A stretch of DNA of 64,000 bases from Eledone cirrhosa (taxonomy: Eukaryota). Made by a program: the position numbers and the translations under genes. The DNA lies in assembly GCA_964016885.1 (NCBI GenBank), contig OZ024740.1, positions 113,522,001 to 113,586,000 of the forward strand. The letters run 5' to 3'. Each line of letters opens with the position of its first letter. The stretch's first letter is position 1. The notes under the pieces are model-generated. The model was given only the letters and a program-made list of their open reading frames with translations. It ran no database searches and had not been told where the DNA came from. Below, piece after piece: positions 45,556-59,901 of this stretch.

Positions 45556-45558
<3 letters not shown>
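44595..45558. mobile_element. RTE-clade LINE with 5' inversion
   Basis: 3' end on minus (44595-44888: RRLRLAGH..LLWEP..GRP). RT on plus (~44900-45558: GVLQGDTLAPYLF, FADD, LLYGSETW). (TA)n flanks. Confidence 0.85.
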
Positions 45559-45596
<38 letters not shown>

Positions 45597-45718
45597 AAAG
45601 TTTTATTTAAAATTGTTGGGTTACAACAAGTAAATATTTTATAACCGATATAAAGCACCTTAATGGTCGCTTATATTTGTGGTATGTCAAAATTATTTAT
45701 AAAACAGTTTATATATTG

Positions 45719-45784
45719 TATTTTATCTGACGAAGGCATGCCATATTTTTAATATGGTATCCCTGAAATATGTATAATGAAATA
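45719..45784 (+). ncRNA. Type I hammerhead in PLE-like element 45595-45825, same family as 59138-59520
   Basis: tattttat-CTGACGA-agg..ccatat/atatgg..cct-GAAA-tatgta-TA-atgaaata. Confidence 0.8.
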
Positions 45785-45847
45785 AATATGGTTTTATAAA
45801 TATAGTTTCCATTTGTTTACTATCGTATATATATATATATATTTATA

Positions 45848-47390
45848 GTAATAATAATAAATTTGAAGATTAAAATCCAAAGAGGGCTCGATAAGGATAA
45901 ATATATATCAAATATATAAGAGCCGTAGAGCAAATATTTATTAAATTAACAGATTAAAGTTTAAGAACATATTCGCTGCTTTCACCCTTAACGGGATCTT
46001 CTGAAACTAAAAAAAGTCAATATGTGAACGCAGAAGTAAATATTTCAAAAAACGTTGCAACCGAAGGAAGAGAGGACGACGATACTTAGGTTCGGGGTAA
46101 CGTTCCCTGGCAAAGAACGGAAAAGGTAATACGTCATTATTTGGAGCGGTGAAAACAATTACACGCAAAGACAAAACCACGTTTATGGTATAAATGAAGT
46201 CGTAGACTAAAATTCTATTTAGGAAACCGAATGATTCTCGGCTTCAGAGTTAAGAATAATGTAAATAAATTACAGAGACAATTGAAAAAAACAAAAATTA
46301 AATATATGCATGCACGCATCCATATACGTACACACCCATGCATACGCGAAAACATTCACCATGGGTATGCAAATAAAAGCACGTACACAAAAAAAACACG
46401 CACGCACATACAGAACCGACGCAACGCCAATACCCGCACACATACGAACGTATACACGAGATACACATAAAAATATATATAAAAAAAAATATATATATAT
46501 GTATGTGTGCGTGTATACATATAATTAAATAAACGTATATAAATATACACACATCAATACGAATACAACGCGCGCACACACATACCTACATGTAAATACA
46601 GATATGTTCGCAGACACACGTCAATCAAAACACAAAGAACTCATATACACACACACTACATACGTACGAACCCGCATACTCACACAGACGCAAAACTCAC
46701 GTATACACATAAACAAATGCACATAATATATACGCCATAACATATACAAGGAAATATACGTACGAGAAAGTATACGTACCTTCACAAAACATACAGGTAA
46801 TATATACTTCCCTATACAAATAAGTAATGGTATAAACATAACATATACTTAGCTACCACATTAAGACGTACAATATCCTCGTATAGTTCGTACTATCCGT
46901 TAGGGTATAATGTGGGGCTGTAATGCAGGAAAGTTTCGTGCAATTTATGTTTACAAGCCGAACTTGCCTCAGATTTGTTGTTTAAGATGTGGTCTTTGGC
47001 GGAGAGTATTTCCAGTGCCTCAGCGGCGCAGAGGTCATTTTTGTTGATTTCAATTACCTCTGTAATTTATTTACATTATTCTTAACTCTGAAGCCGAGAA
47101 TCATTCGGTTTGCTAAATAGAATTTTAGTCTACGATTTATACCATAAACGTGGTTTTGTCTTTGCGTGTAATTGTTTTCACCGCTCGACATAATGTGGTA
47201 TTATCATCGTTTTTTTCCCGTTCTTTGCCACGGAACGTTTCCCCGAACCTAAGTATCGTCGTCCTGTCTTCCTTCAGTTGCAACTGTTTTTTAAATATAT
47301 ACTTCTGCGTTCACAGATTGACATTTTTAGTTTTAGAAGATCCCGTTAAGGGTGAAAGCAGCGATTCTTTGATTAAACTTTAATCTTTAA
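45848..47390. mobile_element. PLE-like element with ~330-bp inverted arms, decayed outward-facing hammerheads and a GIY-YIG remnant
   Basis: 45948-46277 mirrors 47058-47390. (C/T)AGAAGA-tccc-gttaa-gggt-GAAA in both arms. Tail at 45848-45947. Confidence 0.7.
46914..47300 (-). pseudogene. GIY-YIG endonuclease remnant
   Basis: RYLGSG, then DLCAAEALEILSAKDHILNNKSEASSACKHKLHETF, which aligns with RLYLHEAMEIVRLKDDAVNLKSEIIMTCRHQRSCTF. Confidence 0.75.
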
Positions 47391-47420
47391 TATATATATA
47401 TATATAGAGAGAGAGAGAGC

Positions 47421-47456
<36 letters not shown>

Positions 47457-47499
47457 GAGAGAAATAGACATAGATACATAGATTATATATATATATCTT

Positions 47500-47557
<58 letters not shown>

Positions 47558-47838
47558 AACATATATGTGTGTGTGTGCGTGCGTACGTTTCTGTGCGTGT
47601 GTAAGTGTGTGTGCGCGTGTGCGTATGTGTATGCATGTGTGTTCCCCCTTTTCATCTCTGCATATATGGAGGTATGTAACTGTCATTCCATTCATGACCA
47701 TCTGACAATCTGACATTCCCTTTAAGCATAGCTATCTTCTCATTAACAGTCCTTCAACGACTCCCTCACTCGCAATTGCTACTCTCTTCTTCACACTGTC
47801 ATCTTTTTTCTCTCTCTCTCGAACGCACACACACACAC

Positions 47839-47914
<76 letters not shown>

Positions 47915-48146
47915 ATATATATATATACATTCTCCCCCACCATTAGTTTATCATCTATAATCTTCAGGATTGCTCTTCAATTTTTGTCTTCTTTTCAGTT
48001 TCTAAGTTTCATTCTTGGGCTTCCTTCAATCTTTCCTTTCATTCAATTTCATAATTATTTTCTCCTACGCATTATTATATATACAATATACATGTGCATG
48101 TGTGTTCGTTTGTCTGTATGTGTAGGAATAAACACAAGCAGGTACA

Positions 48147-48215
<69 letters not shown>

Positions 48216-49363
48216 AAACCATTCAAACATACACATATAGTAAATAACAATAACAGCGAATGAACATTACAACATTATAATACACATGGCTATAATAAAC
48301 ACATTTTCTAATACCTGATCCATACGTACTAATTTCTCTCTATCTTCCTCGTTCTCTTTGACAATAATTCCTAGATTTTAATGAAATTCCTTATTCAAAG
48401 TATTTGTCATTTGTCAGAATTTCTTAAGATTCCAATTATCGTGTCTTTTGTTGCAGCATTGGGAATCTTAATACAGAACAACGGAAGCAAGATTGCCGAG
48501 GGTGAAGAATTATGCCAATAACAACAATATAGTTAAGTGCAGCCAAGACTACGTGGTTCATACGTTCGCTTTCCAACCACGTGCGTCAAAGTTCAGGCTT
48601 GTTGCACGACACCTTCGGGAAGTTTCTTCTATTATACAGATAAAAGTAGACGAAACTTCCTACTCTTTTTCCTCCTCCATATTATCCTTTCACTCCTCTT
48701 ACTCATACTCATTCTCCTTCACCTCTTCCTCCTGGTCATCATTATCATCATTATTATCATGATGAAGATGATAATGATATACTGGGATGACGAGGGCCAT
48801 TGAAGTTGTGGATGAATACCATGTCAAATTTCAGTAGTATTGGTGGTAGTGGTGGGGCAACAAGTTGAAAAAGAATCACTTCCATAGTAAAAGTAATTAC
48901 ATAGGTAGGTGTAAGTGGAGACAAAGAGCCGAGAAATTCGTGGAGATATTAATCAAGTATTTAATAGCTTTCAAAGAACAAGCAATCAATTGCGGGTTGC
49001 TGAGCTACCATTAGTGTAAATGATTATGTGGCGCTATTATCTAGAATGGGTGAGTTGTATTAAACTGATAAACTACGTCTACGTGCAGATTGTGGCAGAT
49101 GATAACGTTGACAACAATTGCAAAATTTCTTCCATATATGTATATATAAATGTGTGTCTGTGTATGTAATTATATAGGTATATATATGTACATGTATACC
49201 TGTGTGTGCGGACATATATATATACAATTATTACATATAATGGGTCACCGCATTTTTTTTTCTTCATCAATAGTGTCTATTACATTTCCGATTGGAGCTT
49301 ATATTTACGTGGTCTGACTGACTATGTGTGTGTCTGTGTCTGCCTCTGTGCGTGTGTGTGTGC

Positions 49364-49495
<132 letters not shown>

Positions 49496-49856
49496 ATATG
49501 TATGTGTAAGTGATAATGAGTAGCGTGGTTACGGATACGGACATTCGGCCAAGCCAAAGAAATGGCAGGAATTACGAATCATTAAGTCAATTGTCCAACA
49601 CCAACAGCCGAGGAAAATGAATGCAATGACTATGATGACGATACAGATGAAGATGGTGGTAACGGTTAATGTTATGTTGTTGATGATAATGATAAGGGTG
49701 GTGATAGCAATGATAGCAGATTGGGATAATGATGATGGCATAAAGAAGTAACAAACGAACACAAATACGATAAAAGGTTAGGAGTGGATCACGTTAGGAA
49801 CCAGAAACAATATACATATAATATATATACATACATATATACATATATACATACAT

Positions 49857-49937
<81 letters not shown>

Positions 49938-50103
49938 TGTATGTATGTATGTATGGTATGTATGTATGTATGTATGTATGTATGTATGTATGTATGTACA
50001 TACATCTCGGAAGTTGTTTTTCGCTAATTTCCAACAGCCGAAATACGATTCTCTCTAATTTATATTTATATATATATATATATATGAATGTATGTATGTA
50101 TGC

Positions 50104-50198
<95 letters not shown>

Positions 50199-50204
50199 AA
50201 TATG

Positions 50205-50240
<36 letters not shown>

Positions 50241-50241
50241 A

Positions 50242-50329
<88 letters not shown>

Positions 50330-50739
50330 CATGAACACTTGACATCAACTTGATGAGCATTCCGGATGTTGTCATGTGGTAATGACCACATGTGTTTTAC
50401 ATGTGGTGGAAATAATAATAACAAAGATGAAAAATAAAACGGAATTCACTCTGTTACAAAAGGATGATTGATGTTTAACAATGTAGGTGTGAGATAACCT
50501 TTATAGGGTCATTCGACTGTCTTGAAATAGAAGGCAAACCCTCCTTATCTCACAAGATACTGTCTTTGTAAGTAAAGAGAAAAATGATAACTTGCAGGTA
50601 AGTTTCTGTAAGATTGGCCTGGGACTAGACATCATCACACACCAATATACAAACACGATATTATTGTTATTTACATAGAGATTTATTCTTCTAAACCTTA
50701 AATTGTATACATGCCCATAGATGATCATAACCATCAAGT

Positions 50740-51670
50740 TCGTGTATCTGGTGCACTCAGTAGTTGCAGTGCTACTTTAGAGATTTTCGAACTCAGCAAT
50801 GTGTGGTTCCTATCTGCGAGAATATTTGTCGACTTTGTAACTGACAAAGCTGTTTATTTTGTGCTCTGAATATGGGATTTGTAGCAACTTCCTGGGGTAC
50901 ATGTTCCTGAATGGAATGGGTGGAGTCTTGTTCCATGTCAGTTGTAATTGTCTAGGTCCCATACTCACATCAAAGGATCGAACTGACCAGATATTTGTAC
51001 AATTTGCTTCTCGTTAGAAAACTATATGATGCTCAACTTCATCATGGCAGAAAAAGTCGCATCATTATCTTTTTTAATGAACTTCTGTCCTTGTTCGAAA
51101 TGAATCCTATTTCTTCAAGTTTTTCTCCGATCAGTATAAAGCTGGCTGCTGTGTTCTGGCTAAGAATATTAAACACAATCTTGTTCTTTTCTGAAGTGAT
51201 CTCAATTCTGTATCCTACTGATACATTTTCCCCTCCTTGTGTTCTGCTTTACTGCTTCCTTTACAGATCAGTATTATCAGAAAAAACACATATTGTAAAT
51301 AGACCATCCTCCAAAGGAAATGGATGTGTGGAAGTCCTTTGCGACATGTTCTCCAGTAAGATGTTGAAAAGCAAAGGAGAGACAAAACATCCTAGTCGAA
51401 CGCCTACTGTTGTCATATAGAATTAACCGACGTTGTTATTCAGAGATAACAGCACTGTTTGAGATTTTGTACAGTACTTTGATTAATTCTTTGCTATCAT
51501 AGTTGTAATACTTCATAACCTGCCACAAAGCCTAGTAACAAACACGACGAAAAGCTCTTTTGCAGGCGATTGAGTAATAAATGGGTCTGAGAAGTGCTAA
51601 TAGAGGTTTCTCGGTGAGCATTTTGGTGTTGAATATTGGGTCCTTTTAGGTCTGAATCCTGCTGATTTTA
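50740..51670 (-). pseudogene. Decayed RTE-like RT
   Basis: Minus strand reads TTVGVRLGCFVSPLLFNILLE. Confidence 0.65.
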
Positions 51671-51865
51671 AGGGATGCTGTACTACTATATTACATTCAT
51701 ACACTCATTTTCATATCACCCCTTTATTTCCTCTTCTAAACATTTCTCTAAATTCTCTCTCGTTTCTTTCTTGGTGAAAGACTAACCTCTGATAGATTGA
51801 TGACACTAATTTTTCTACTTCATACCAACATTGATATACTAATTTCTCCTAATTGTTTTTATATG

Positions 51866-51911
<46 letters not shown>

Positions 51912-51914
<3 letters not shown>

Positions 51915-52460
51915 GGTAAATATTGATGCAATTCAATTCAAGCACTCAACGTACTTTTTCCACATAGGAGTGACGGAGTATATATCGAATAAGAAAAAGC
52001 GAAGTAGTTTCAGATGTTCAAGTCCTTTAATTAATAATGCTGTGATATATATTTCAATGACGACACTGGCCACACTGTTCTGTGTGCGAGTGTCGTGACA
52101 TCATCAGACAGCTTGTTACATAATAAGGTTGTTTCCGAGGCAATCCAAATTGAATCGACATGGGAACGGATGAAGTTCGTGCTTTTGGGTTTTTCATCCG
52201 TTCCCTTGTGAGTACCAATTCACCCCCACCGGTCTGCGCAAGCGCATGTCCGAAGGAAGTTGACCATTAGCACCGCCGATTTCAACGAAATTCGCTGTCA
52301 GTGGCCGACCTATGCCCTGCCAAAGTTTACTGCTACCCATCACTACTGTGGCAGTCAGCCGAAAGCCAGAGGGGATGGGAGGGTGTTAGTTTTTATAGGT
52401 CATAATACAACCTTTCACTTAGCGTTGACAGTAAGACTGACCATCAACAGTAAGACTGAC
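51912..52460 (-). mobile_element. PLE-like element end with hammerhead at 52039-52112
   Basis: gctgt-CTGATGA-tgtcacgacact..agtgtcgtcatt-GAAA-tatata-TC-acagc. Direct repeat of 61991-62555. Confidence 0.88.
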
Positions 52461-52517
52461 CATCAACTGACCGTCATACTTTTTCCTATATATATATGCA
52501 TGTAAGTACATATATAA

Positions 52518-52548
<31 letters not shown>

Positions 52549-52607
52549 AATACATATACGTATGTATATATATAAATACATATACGTATGTATATATATA
52601 TATATAA

Positions 52608-52800
52608 CAAAGAAATGTGGTAAGGAACCAGATGAACCATAACGCACCAGAGTACTCAATACTTAGGGCAGTAGAGTGGGAAATAGGAAAAAGTATGACC
52701 CCGACGGCAGAGCTCAAGCCGTTTCGACGGCTATTTCTGGACTCCAGAAATAGCCGTCGAAACGGCTTGAGCTCTGCCGTCGGGGTCATACTTTTTCCTA
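52608..52800 (-). mobile_element. Fold-back PLE-like mini-element with hammerhead 3' half
   Basis: Inverted repeat 52684-52740/52744-52800. GAAA-cggc..gccg-TC-ggggtc, and tail actc-tact..agta-tt-gagt. Confidence 0.8.
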
Positions 52801-53125
52801 TATATATATATATATATATATGCATGTAAGTATATGTATAAATATATATATATATACTCATATATATAAATACATATACGTATGTATGTATATATATATA
52901 TATACGTGTGTGTGTGTGTGTGTAAACGATCCAGGGAGAACCACAAAAGGATGACACAACTCTGAATTATGTAATGTGTATCTGAATGAGAAGGAATGTT
53001 CGCAATCTTGTGTTGAAGTTACGTTATGCACAATCTCACAGTAGCTGTTTTAATTATATTTTAGCTTGTTACCTCGGTGACATCTTTATATTGTATATAG
53101 TAAGTTAAATACATTTTTTTTTCAG

Positions 53126-53203
53126 GAGAGCGCAAAACATGATCTATGACATGCCTGGAATGTATGCCACATGCCTTGCAAAAGACATATGTGATATCAG
53201 CCG
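53126..53203 (+). CDS. Possible 78-bp host exon
   Basis: T-tract+CAG acceptor, CG/GTATAT donor and an open frame RAQNMIYDMPGMYATCLAKDICDIS. No homology recognised. Confidence 0.25.
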
Positions 53204-53513
53204 GTATATATGTTGTGTGTGTGGTGCGAGAGGGGGTGGGGCAATAAGCAATAGGTTGAGAACTGGAAGTGAATTAGTAAGGATGTTGAAGAGCTTAGCG
53301 AGACTAAGCGAAATACAACATGGTTTACTATAACATATGATTTAATTGTAATGGTTCGCTATATAATTTACACGTGCGCGTGTCTATGTATTGAAAGAGA
53401 GAGGATGGAGGGAGAGAGACAGCCAGAGAAAGCGGGGGAAAGGTAATAGTAGTAGTAGTAATAGAAGGAGGAATTGTATTATGTGTATATATATATATAT
53501 ATGTGTGTGTGTC

Positions 53514-53557
<44 letters not shown>

Positions 53558-53568
53558 TGTGTGTGTCA

Positions 53569-53608
<40 letters not shown>

Positions 53609-53612
53609 ATAT

Positions 53613-53749
53613 GAGTTTACCCCGGGTTCAATCGGGAGTAACCACAGTAGGTAAGGTACTCAATACTTAGCAGAGTATAAATATTTAATATAGAAATGGC
53701 TTGTACAGGACTAGAACTGTTTCATTTGGGAGAAATCATCAGGAAGCCC
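53613..53749 (-). mobile_element. PLE-like mini-element with hammerhead at 53698-53748
   Basis: ggcttc-CTGATGA-tttctcccaaat-GAAA-cag..ctg-TA-caagcc, and tail tactc..ttgagta. Confidence 0.8.
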
Positions 53750-53755
53750 ATATAC

Positions 53756-53797
<42 letters not shown>

Positions 53798-54457
53798 ACA
53801 GACTCCGACACATGGGCACACAAACATGCAAGTGCGTATATGTATGCATATATACATACAATGTATATGTATGCATATATACTTACTGACAAGTACTACC
53901 TATGTATGTACGGCAGAAATGTCTGCTGATATACAAGCATACATACCCATATACATACGCATATACACACACACGTACGCCTACACATATAGGAACAGGC
54001 ACACGCACTCACACCCAACACTATATATCATTCAATTTGTATGAATTCTTTTTCCACATGTAGTTCTTTCTCTGTTATAATCTGTTCTTACAACCAGTAG
54101 TAAGTAGTGTAACATACTGTATTACATACAACAAAGATGAAGGTAGTTTGTCAAATACGACAAACGGTATTTTAAACGTGAAAAAATACAATATCCTGTC
54201 GTTCATTAAGGCTATCGCTTACGAAGTGAAGCGAAATTAATTATTGCACAATTTATCATTACCCGTCGTTAAACGTCTGTCTATCTACCCATTCCCTCTA
54301 TCTTTATTTATCTCTCTCTTCCACCCACACTCTCATTTACCTACCTACTCCTCTACATATCCATTCACACATATACCTACATCTATACAAGCATACATAT
54401 GCATCTATCTGTCTGTCTCTATCATTCCTGCTTTCTCATCATAGGCTATTCACGCAG

Positions 54458-54517
<60 letters not shown>

Positions 54518-54668
54518 ATATCTATCTATCTATCTATCTATCTATCGATCTATTTATTTATGTATGTATCTATGTATCTATCTGTCTGATTATCTCACTA
54601 CCTACCTATCTATCTATCATATCATTTTATTGGCATCCTAATCTACCAATGACTGTCTGCTTTTTACC

Positions 54669-54724
<56 letters not shown>

Positions 54725-56129
54725 TTTCATCTCTCCAACATATCTTTGTCTACATTATATAATTACTATCGCTCTATTCAGGACTACTCTACTTCACTCC
54801 TTCACGACTTTAGTACTTACCTTCTAATCCCGATGCTGTAGCAGATCTCTAGTAAACAGCCGCCGGGCAGATTAAAATATAAAGACCGAAACAAACACAG
54901 AAAGGAAGAGAAAAAGAGAGAAGGAACACGAAAAAGTTACGAGTTTCTTTTGATCTGCCTCTCAACAAGAGTACTTGTTTTGATTGTATTCAAATAGCTA
55001 GCACACAACACGATTCTATTTGCACTGACTATAAAGGATTTTTACTTATTGCAAACGCTAATAGAAATTCTATTAAGTTTCATGAAAGAGAGCTAAAAAA
55101 AATCTTTAAAAGTTTTGCGTGCCAATGAATATGAGCCAGCATATATAGGAGTTAAGTTAATTTCGAGAGACGGACGGTGAGTGATTGTAAGTTTTATTGA
55201 TCGGTAAGCAAGTGAGCGCTGAGTATAGCGCATGTGTATGTATGTGTGAGTATATGCGTTAAAGTATGCATGAGCCAGACCTATTTATTTGTATGCTTAT
55301 GAACAGGTATGTGTGATTTTAGCTTTAATATATACGTACATATATATGCATACTCACACACATGTAATTATATATATATATATATATATATATAATTTGG
55401 ACAGGTACGTAGCACTTTCTCTCTCTCTCTCTCCCCTCTCTCTCTCCCCCCTCTCCCTCTCTCTCTACGTGTGTGTGTTGCAGAGGAGCACACAATATAT
55501 CTATAACTAAATATGTATATTATTTCTCATCACATGCCAATCAATAACAAACATATGTATACAATGTATACTTTGGTAACGTATTTATGTAGTTCCAAAC
55601 ATTGACTGGTTTCCACATCAATTATAATATATCTATTTAGGGACAATTCTTTAACAAGTCTCAATCATTATCCGGTGTCTATAACTATTGTTATAAATAC
55701 TTGTAAATCACAAATTATAAATAAAATTAAGTGTTTACAATAAAAGAAATGTAATTATAAAAACTGTACAAAAAGAAATGAAAGAGTGAAAGAGAGCCAG
55801 AAAACGAATTTAGCAATGAAAGAAAGTGAGAATGGGAGCGAACGACAGACTCTATACCCTAGTATGAGTTGTGTTTCAGTTACACCCCGCAAGTATTGCC
55901 TCGGAGAATGGCTAGCCCCACACGCTACAACAGCTATCTCATCTCACTGGAGTCCCTTCTCAAGCGTCTGCTATCTTTCCGATTTTACGAGGGAAATGTG
56001 AAATGCGACGACCGAGGACTCATGTGGTCTCGGCGGTGACCAGTAAAAAAGGAACCAGTCGGTTCGGCCCCAGAATTTAGTTATCCTTCTCTTCTTTTCA
56101 TTTCAGACACCGTGGTCGAAGCCAGCTGG

Positions 56130-56475
56130 ACCCAATTGTGACGGGAATCCGGCCGCGTCGGGGTCCTGCTGATGATCTCGTTGAAGATGATCGCAGGTGC
56201 AAACCTTACGCGTCAACAATATCCCCACAACAGCATTTGTGTGCCTCACATACCTGGAGGCTGAGACACTGTCCCACACCGATACGAGTGTTCTCATCAT
56301 CAAGGAGGGTCCCAGTTGATGAGGAGGGCACCAAATTGAGCTAGGCACTGCTGTTTAGTTTTGAGGTGGAACGGAAGCAGGTGTGATGTTGTTGGTTCAA
56401 GAAAGCTTCTACCCACTTGAAAGTAGACATGCACTTGATGTCATCACAGTTACGTTGAACGTCTGTATACGGTGA
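56130..56475 (-). pseudogene. Decayed APE endonuclease N-terminus (RTE-like)
   Basis: RIQTFNVT and SA..NAVVGILL readings on the minus strand. Confidence 0.4.
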
Positions 56476-56739
56476 GGCCTACGTAGGTCTAATCGGCCGG
56501 ATGATTCCAGTTTCCGGGTCACGTCAGCTTATCTATCCTGGCGGCGATGCTCGCTGATGTGAGTACCGATGGAGGAAATTGAGAATAGATAAGGCCTGTA
56601 GATGTGGATCAGTGACCGGGGCAATTGAATTTCTCGTCTATAAATACAAGAATGGATAAAATGAAAGAGCTGATCCAGTTACATCAAGGAGTTCAAAATA
56701 AATGCTTAAATATGACAAACACCACTTGCAAACTGATGG

Positions 56740-56832
<93 letters not shown>

Positions 56833-57174
56833 AACCATATAATACCAGCATAGAGAAGATCCATGACTAAATCCAAGTGACTTATTGTGACCTTAGATTT
56901 TAAGTTGAAATATTAGTATGCCAGTAATTTGTTAGCAGGATTTTAGTCATCACCAAATTAACGAGAACATATTCGTAATCATATTTGTTATGAAAGGGTT
57001 AACTGTATAACTATTTATATTTCCATGTAACATAAGGTTAGGTGAGAAGAAGGCAACTGACGGAGTGATTTTAAAGTCGTAGTGGGGAAGTTGTAGCGAG
57101 AGGAATATTTGTTGGTTGCGGAATTTCTGCAGAGAGCGTGGAGAACAAGTCTGAAAAATCAGTATGCATATTTA

Positions 57175-57219
<45 letters not shown>

Positions 57220-57254
57220 GACAAACATTATATATATATATATAATTCGAAAGG

Positions 57255-57437
57255 GGGTGGATTGGCAGTATCGGTTGAGGGTCGGACGCCATGCTTTGAC
57301 GCATAGAGTTATAGCCCTTTCCATTCTGAGTTCAAATCCCGCCAAGGTTAACTTTGCCTTTCATACTTACGGGGTCGATAAAATAAAGTACCAGTAATGT
57401 ACTGGGTAATTGCTGGCCTTGTGCCAAAGGTAGAAAC

Positions 57438-57440
<3 letters not shown>
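57255..57440 (+). mobile_element. tRNA-derived SINE, full copy
   Basis: A-box tggcagtatcgg and B-box gagttcaaatcc. At least five related copies in the window. Confidence 0.85.
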
Positions 57441-57478
<38 letters not shown>

Positions 57479-57504
57479 CTCAATATATATATATAGACAG
57501 ACTG

Positions 57505-58093
57505 AATAAAAAATGGCGTAGACATACAACACAACAGGAGGAACAAAGAATATAACACCACTGACGATGTTGCAGATGTGCAACGAAAGATTTATGTAAA
57601 TTATGTAAACTATATATATGTGTTTGTGTCTATATTGTATCTGTATTATTTTTGACCGTCGGTCAGTCATTGGCAACATTGAGGACCGAGTAAGTTAGAT
57701 CGCAGATATAAAAGACAGCGAGAAGCGAAAACCAACCAAACAGTGAGTGTGTTCTGTTATTAATTCTGGCAATATTACGCAAATATGACCCTCCCCAAGT
57801 ATAACAATATACGGTTGGGTGTGGATGCATTCATGTATATGTGTGCGTCCGCATGTATCTGTGTGTTTCTAAATATATATATATATATATATATATTGAG
57901 TATATGTTGGTTGTATACCAACACCTAAGTATACAGGTTGGAGCACTCGACGAAGTGCGCAGGTTTGTTTGGTTACTCCGGAGTAATGTAAAATAAACTA
58001 AAATAAATAAGTAAAATAAGTAAAATTTGGCTTCGTTTATTACTGCTATATATATTTCGGTGACATACATATATATATATATATATGTATGTG

Positions 58094-58145
<52 letters not shown>

Positions 58146-58508
58146 GCGCGTGTGTGTATGTATGTATCTAAGTAGGTGCATATAAACACATATTTATGTA
58201 CGCATACATATATATATATATTGTTATACTTGGGGAGGGTCATATTTGTGTAATATTGCCAGAATTAATAACAGAACACACTCACTGTTTGGTTGGTTTT
58301 CGCTTTTCGCTTCTGTGTCTTTTATATCGGTAATCTAATTTATTCGGTCCTAAATGTTTGCATTGACTGACCAATGGTCAAAAATAATACAGATACAATA
58401 TAGACACAAACACATATATATAGTTTATCAAAGTTCTTTCGTTGCACATCGCAACAACGTCAGTGGTGCTATTGTTTCCTCCCGTTACATTGTATTTTCT
58501 ACGCCATC

Positions 58509-58515
<7 letters not shown>
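57505..58515. repeat. ~300-bp diverged inverted repeat pair (57505-57811 / 58218-58515)
   Basis: tatgaccctccccaagtataacaatata and flanking sequence are mirrored. Hammerhead-like CTGACGA-tgttgc..gcaac-GAAA at 57561. Confidence 0.8.
57903..58064 (-). mobile_element. PLE-like tail with hammerhead 3' half
   Basis: GAAA-tatata-TA-gcagt-aataaa..tactcc..tcgagtgc. Confidence 0.65.
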
Positions 58516-58577
<62 letters not shown>

Positions 58578-59034
58578 TTTCCTTTGTATATATAATTTAA
58601 TTTCCTATCGTATTTCTGATCGTCATTCGCGTTTTTTTTTTATAAATTCCTTTCTGGAGCTTCGAACTAGAATATATATTTATTCTAAATGTTTACTTAA
58701 CCGATTCTACGATTACAGCAAAGAAATAAGAAAAAAAATGCACAAGGATTATGAAAATATTTGCTATCGAGTGTCGCAGGTTTGTTTAACCCGTCTATCA
58801 AGACAATCACATATATCAGTACAACCAATACTACCACCACTACAACTCTAACATGTCGACGAGAAAAAAGATGATGATGATGATATTGATGAATAACAAG
58901 AAAAAGAAGAAAGAGAGAAAGAGAGTAAGAGAGAAAGAAAGAAAGAGAGAAAGACAGAAAGAAAAAATGAGGCATATATAAAGATCAATGATGAAGAATA
59001 GAAAAGTAACAGGAATACCAACTACTCGCCTGAC

Positions 59035-59102
<68 letters not shown>

Positions 59103-59137
59103 TTATATATATATATATATATATATACATATATATG

Positions 59138-59516
59138 GAAAGTTATATTTAAAATTGTTGGGTTACAACTAGTAAATATTTATAACTGATATAAAAGCAC
59201 TCGACAAATATTTGGAGTATGTTTACAATATTAAATAAATGTAAACTATATTTATAAAACCATATTTATTTCATTATATATATTTCAGGGATATCATATT
59301 AACAATATGCTATGCCTTCCTCAGATGTCTGCCAAATCAACCTCTTCAAATGCAAGTCGATGTTGTTACGGTATGTCGAATCTATTTATCTATAAAACTG
59401 TTTATATTGTATTTTGTCTGAGGAAGGCATAGCATATTGTTAATATGATATCCCTGAAATATATATAATGAAATAAATATGGTTTTATAAATATAGTTTC
59501 CATTTATTTAATATTG

Positions 59517-59520
<4 letters not shown>
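59138..59520. mobile_element. Fold-back PLE-like element with two opposed hammerheads (59267-59327 minus, 59410-59475 plus)
   Basis: CTGAGGA-agg..cct-GAAA-tatata-TA-atg in both arms. Tail only on the left. (TA)n flanks. Confidence 0.85.
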
Positions 59521-59580
<60 letters not shown>

Positions 59581-59582
59581 TA

Positions 59583-59702
<120 letters not shown>

Positions 59703-59719
59703 TATATATATATAGACAT

Positions 59720-59753
<34 letters not shown>

Positions 59754-59801
59754 ATATATATAGACATATATATATATATATAGACATATATATATATATA
59801 T

Positions 59802-59901
<100 letters not shown>

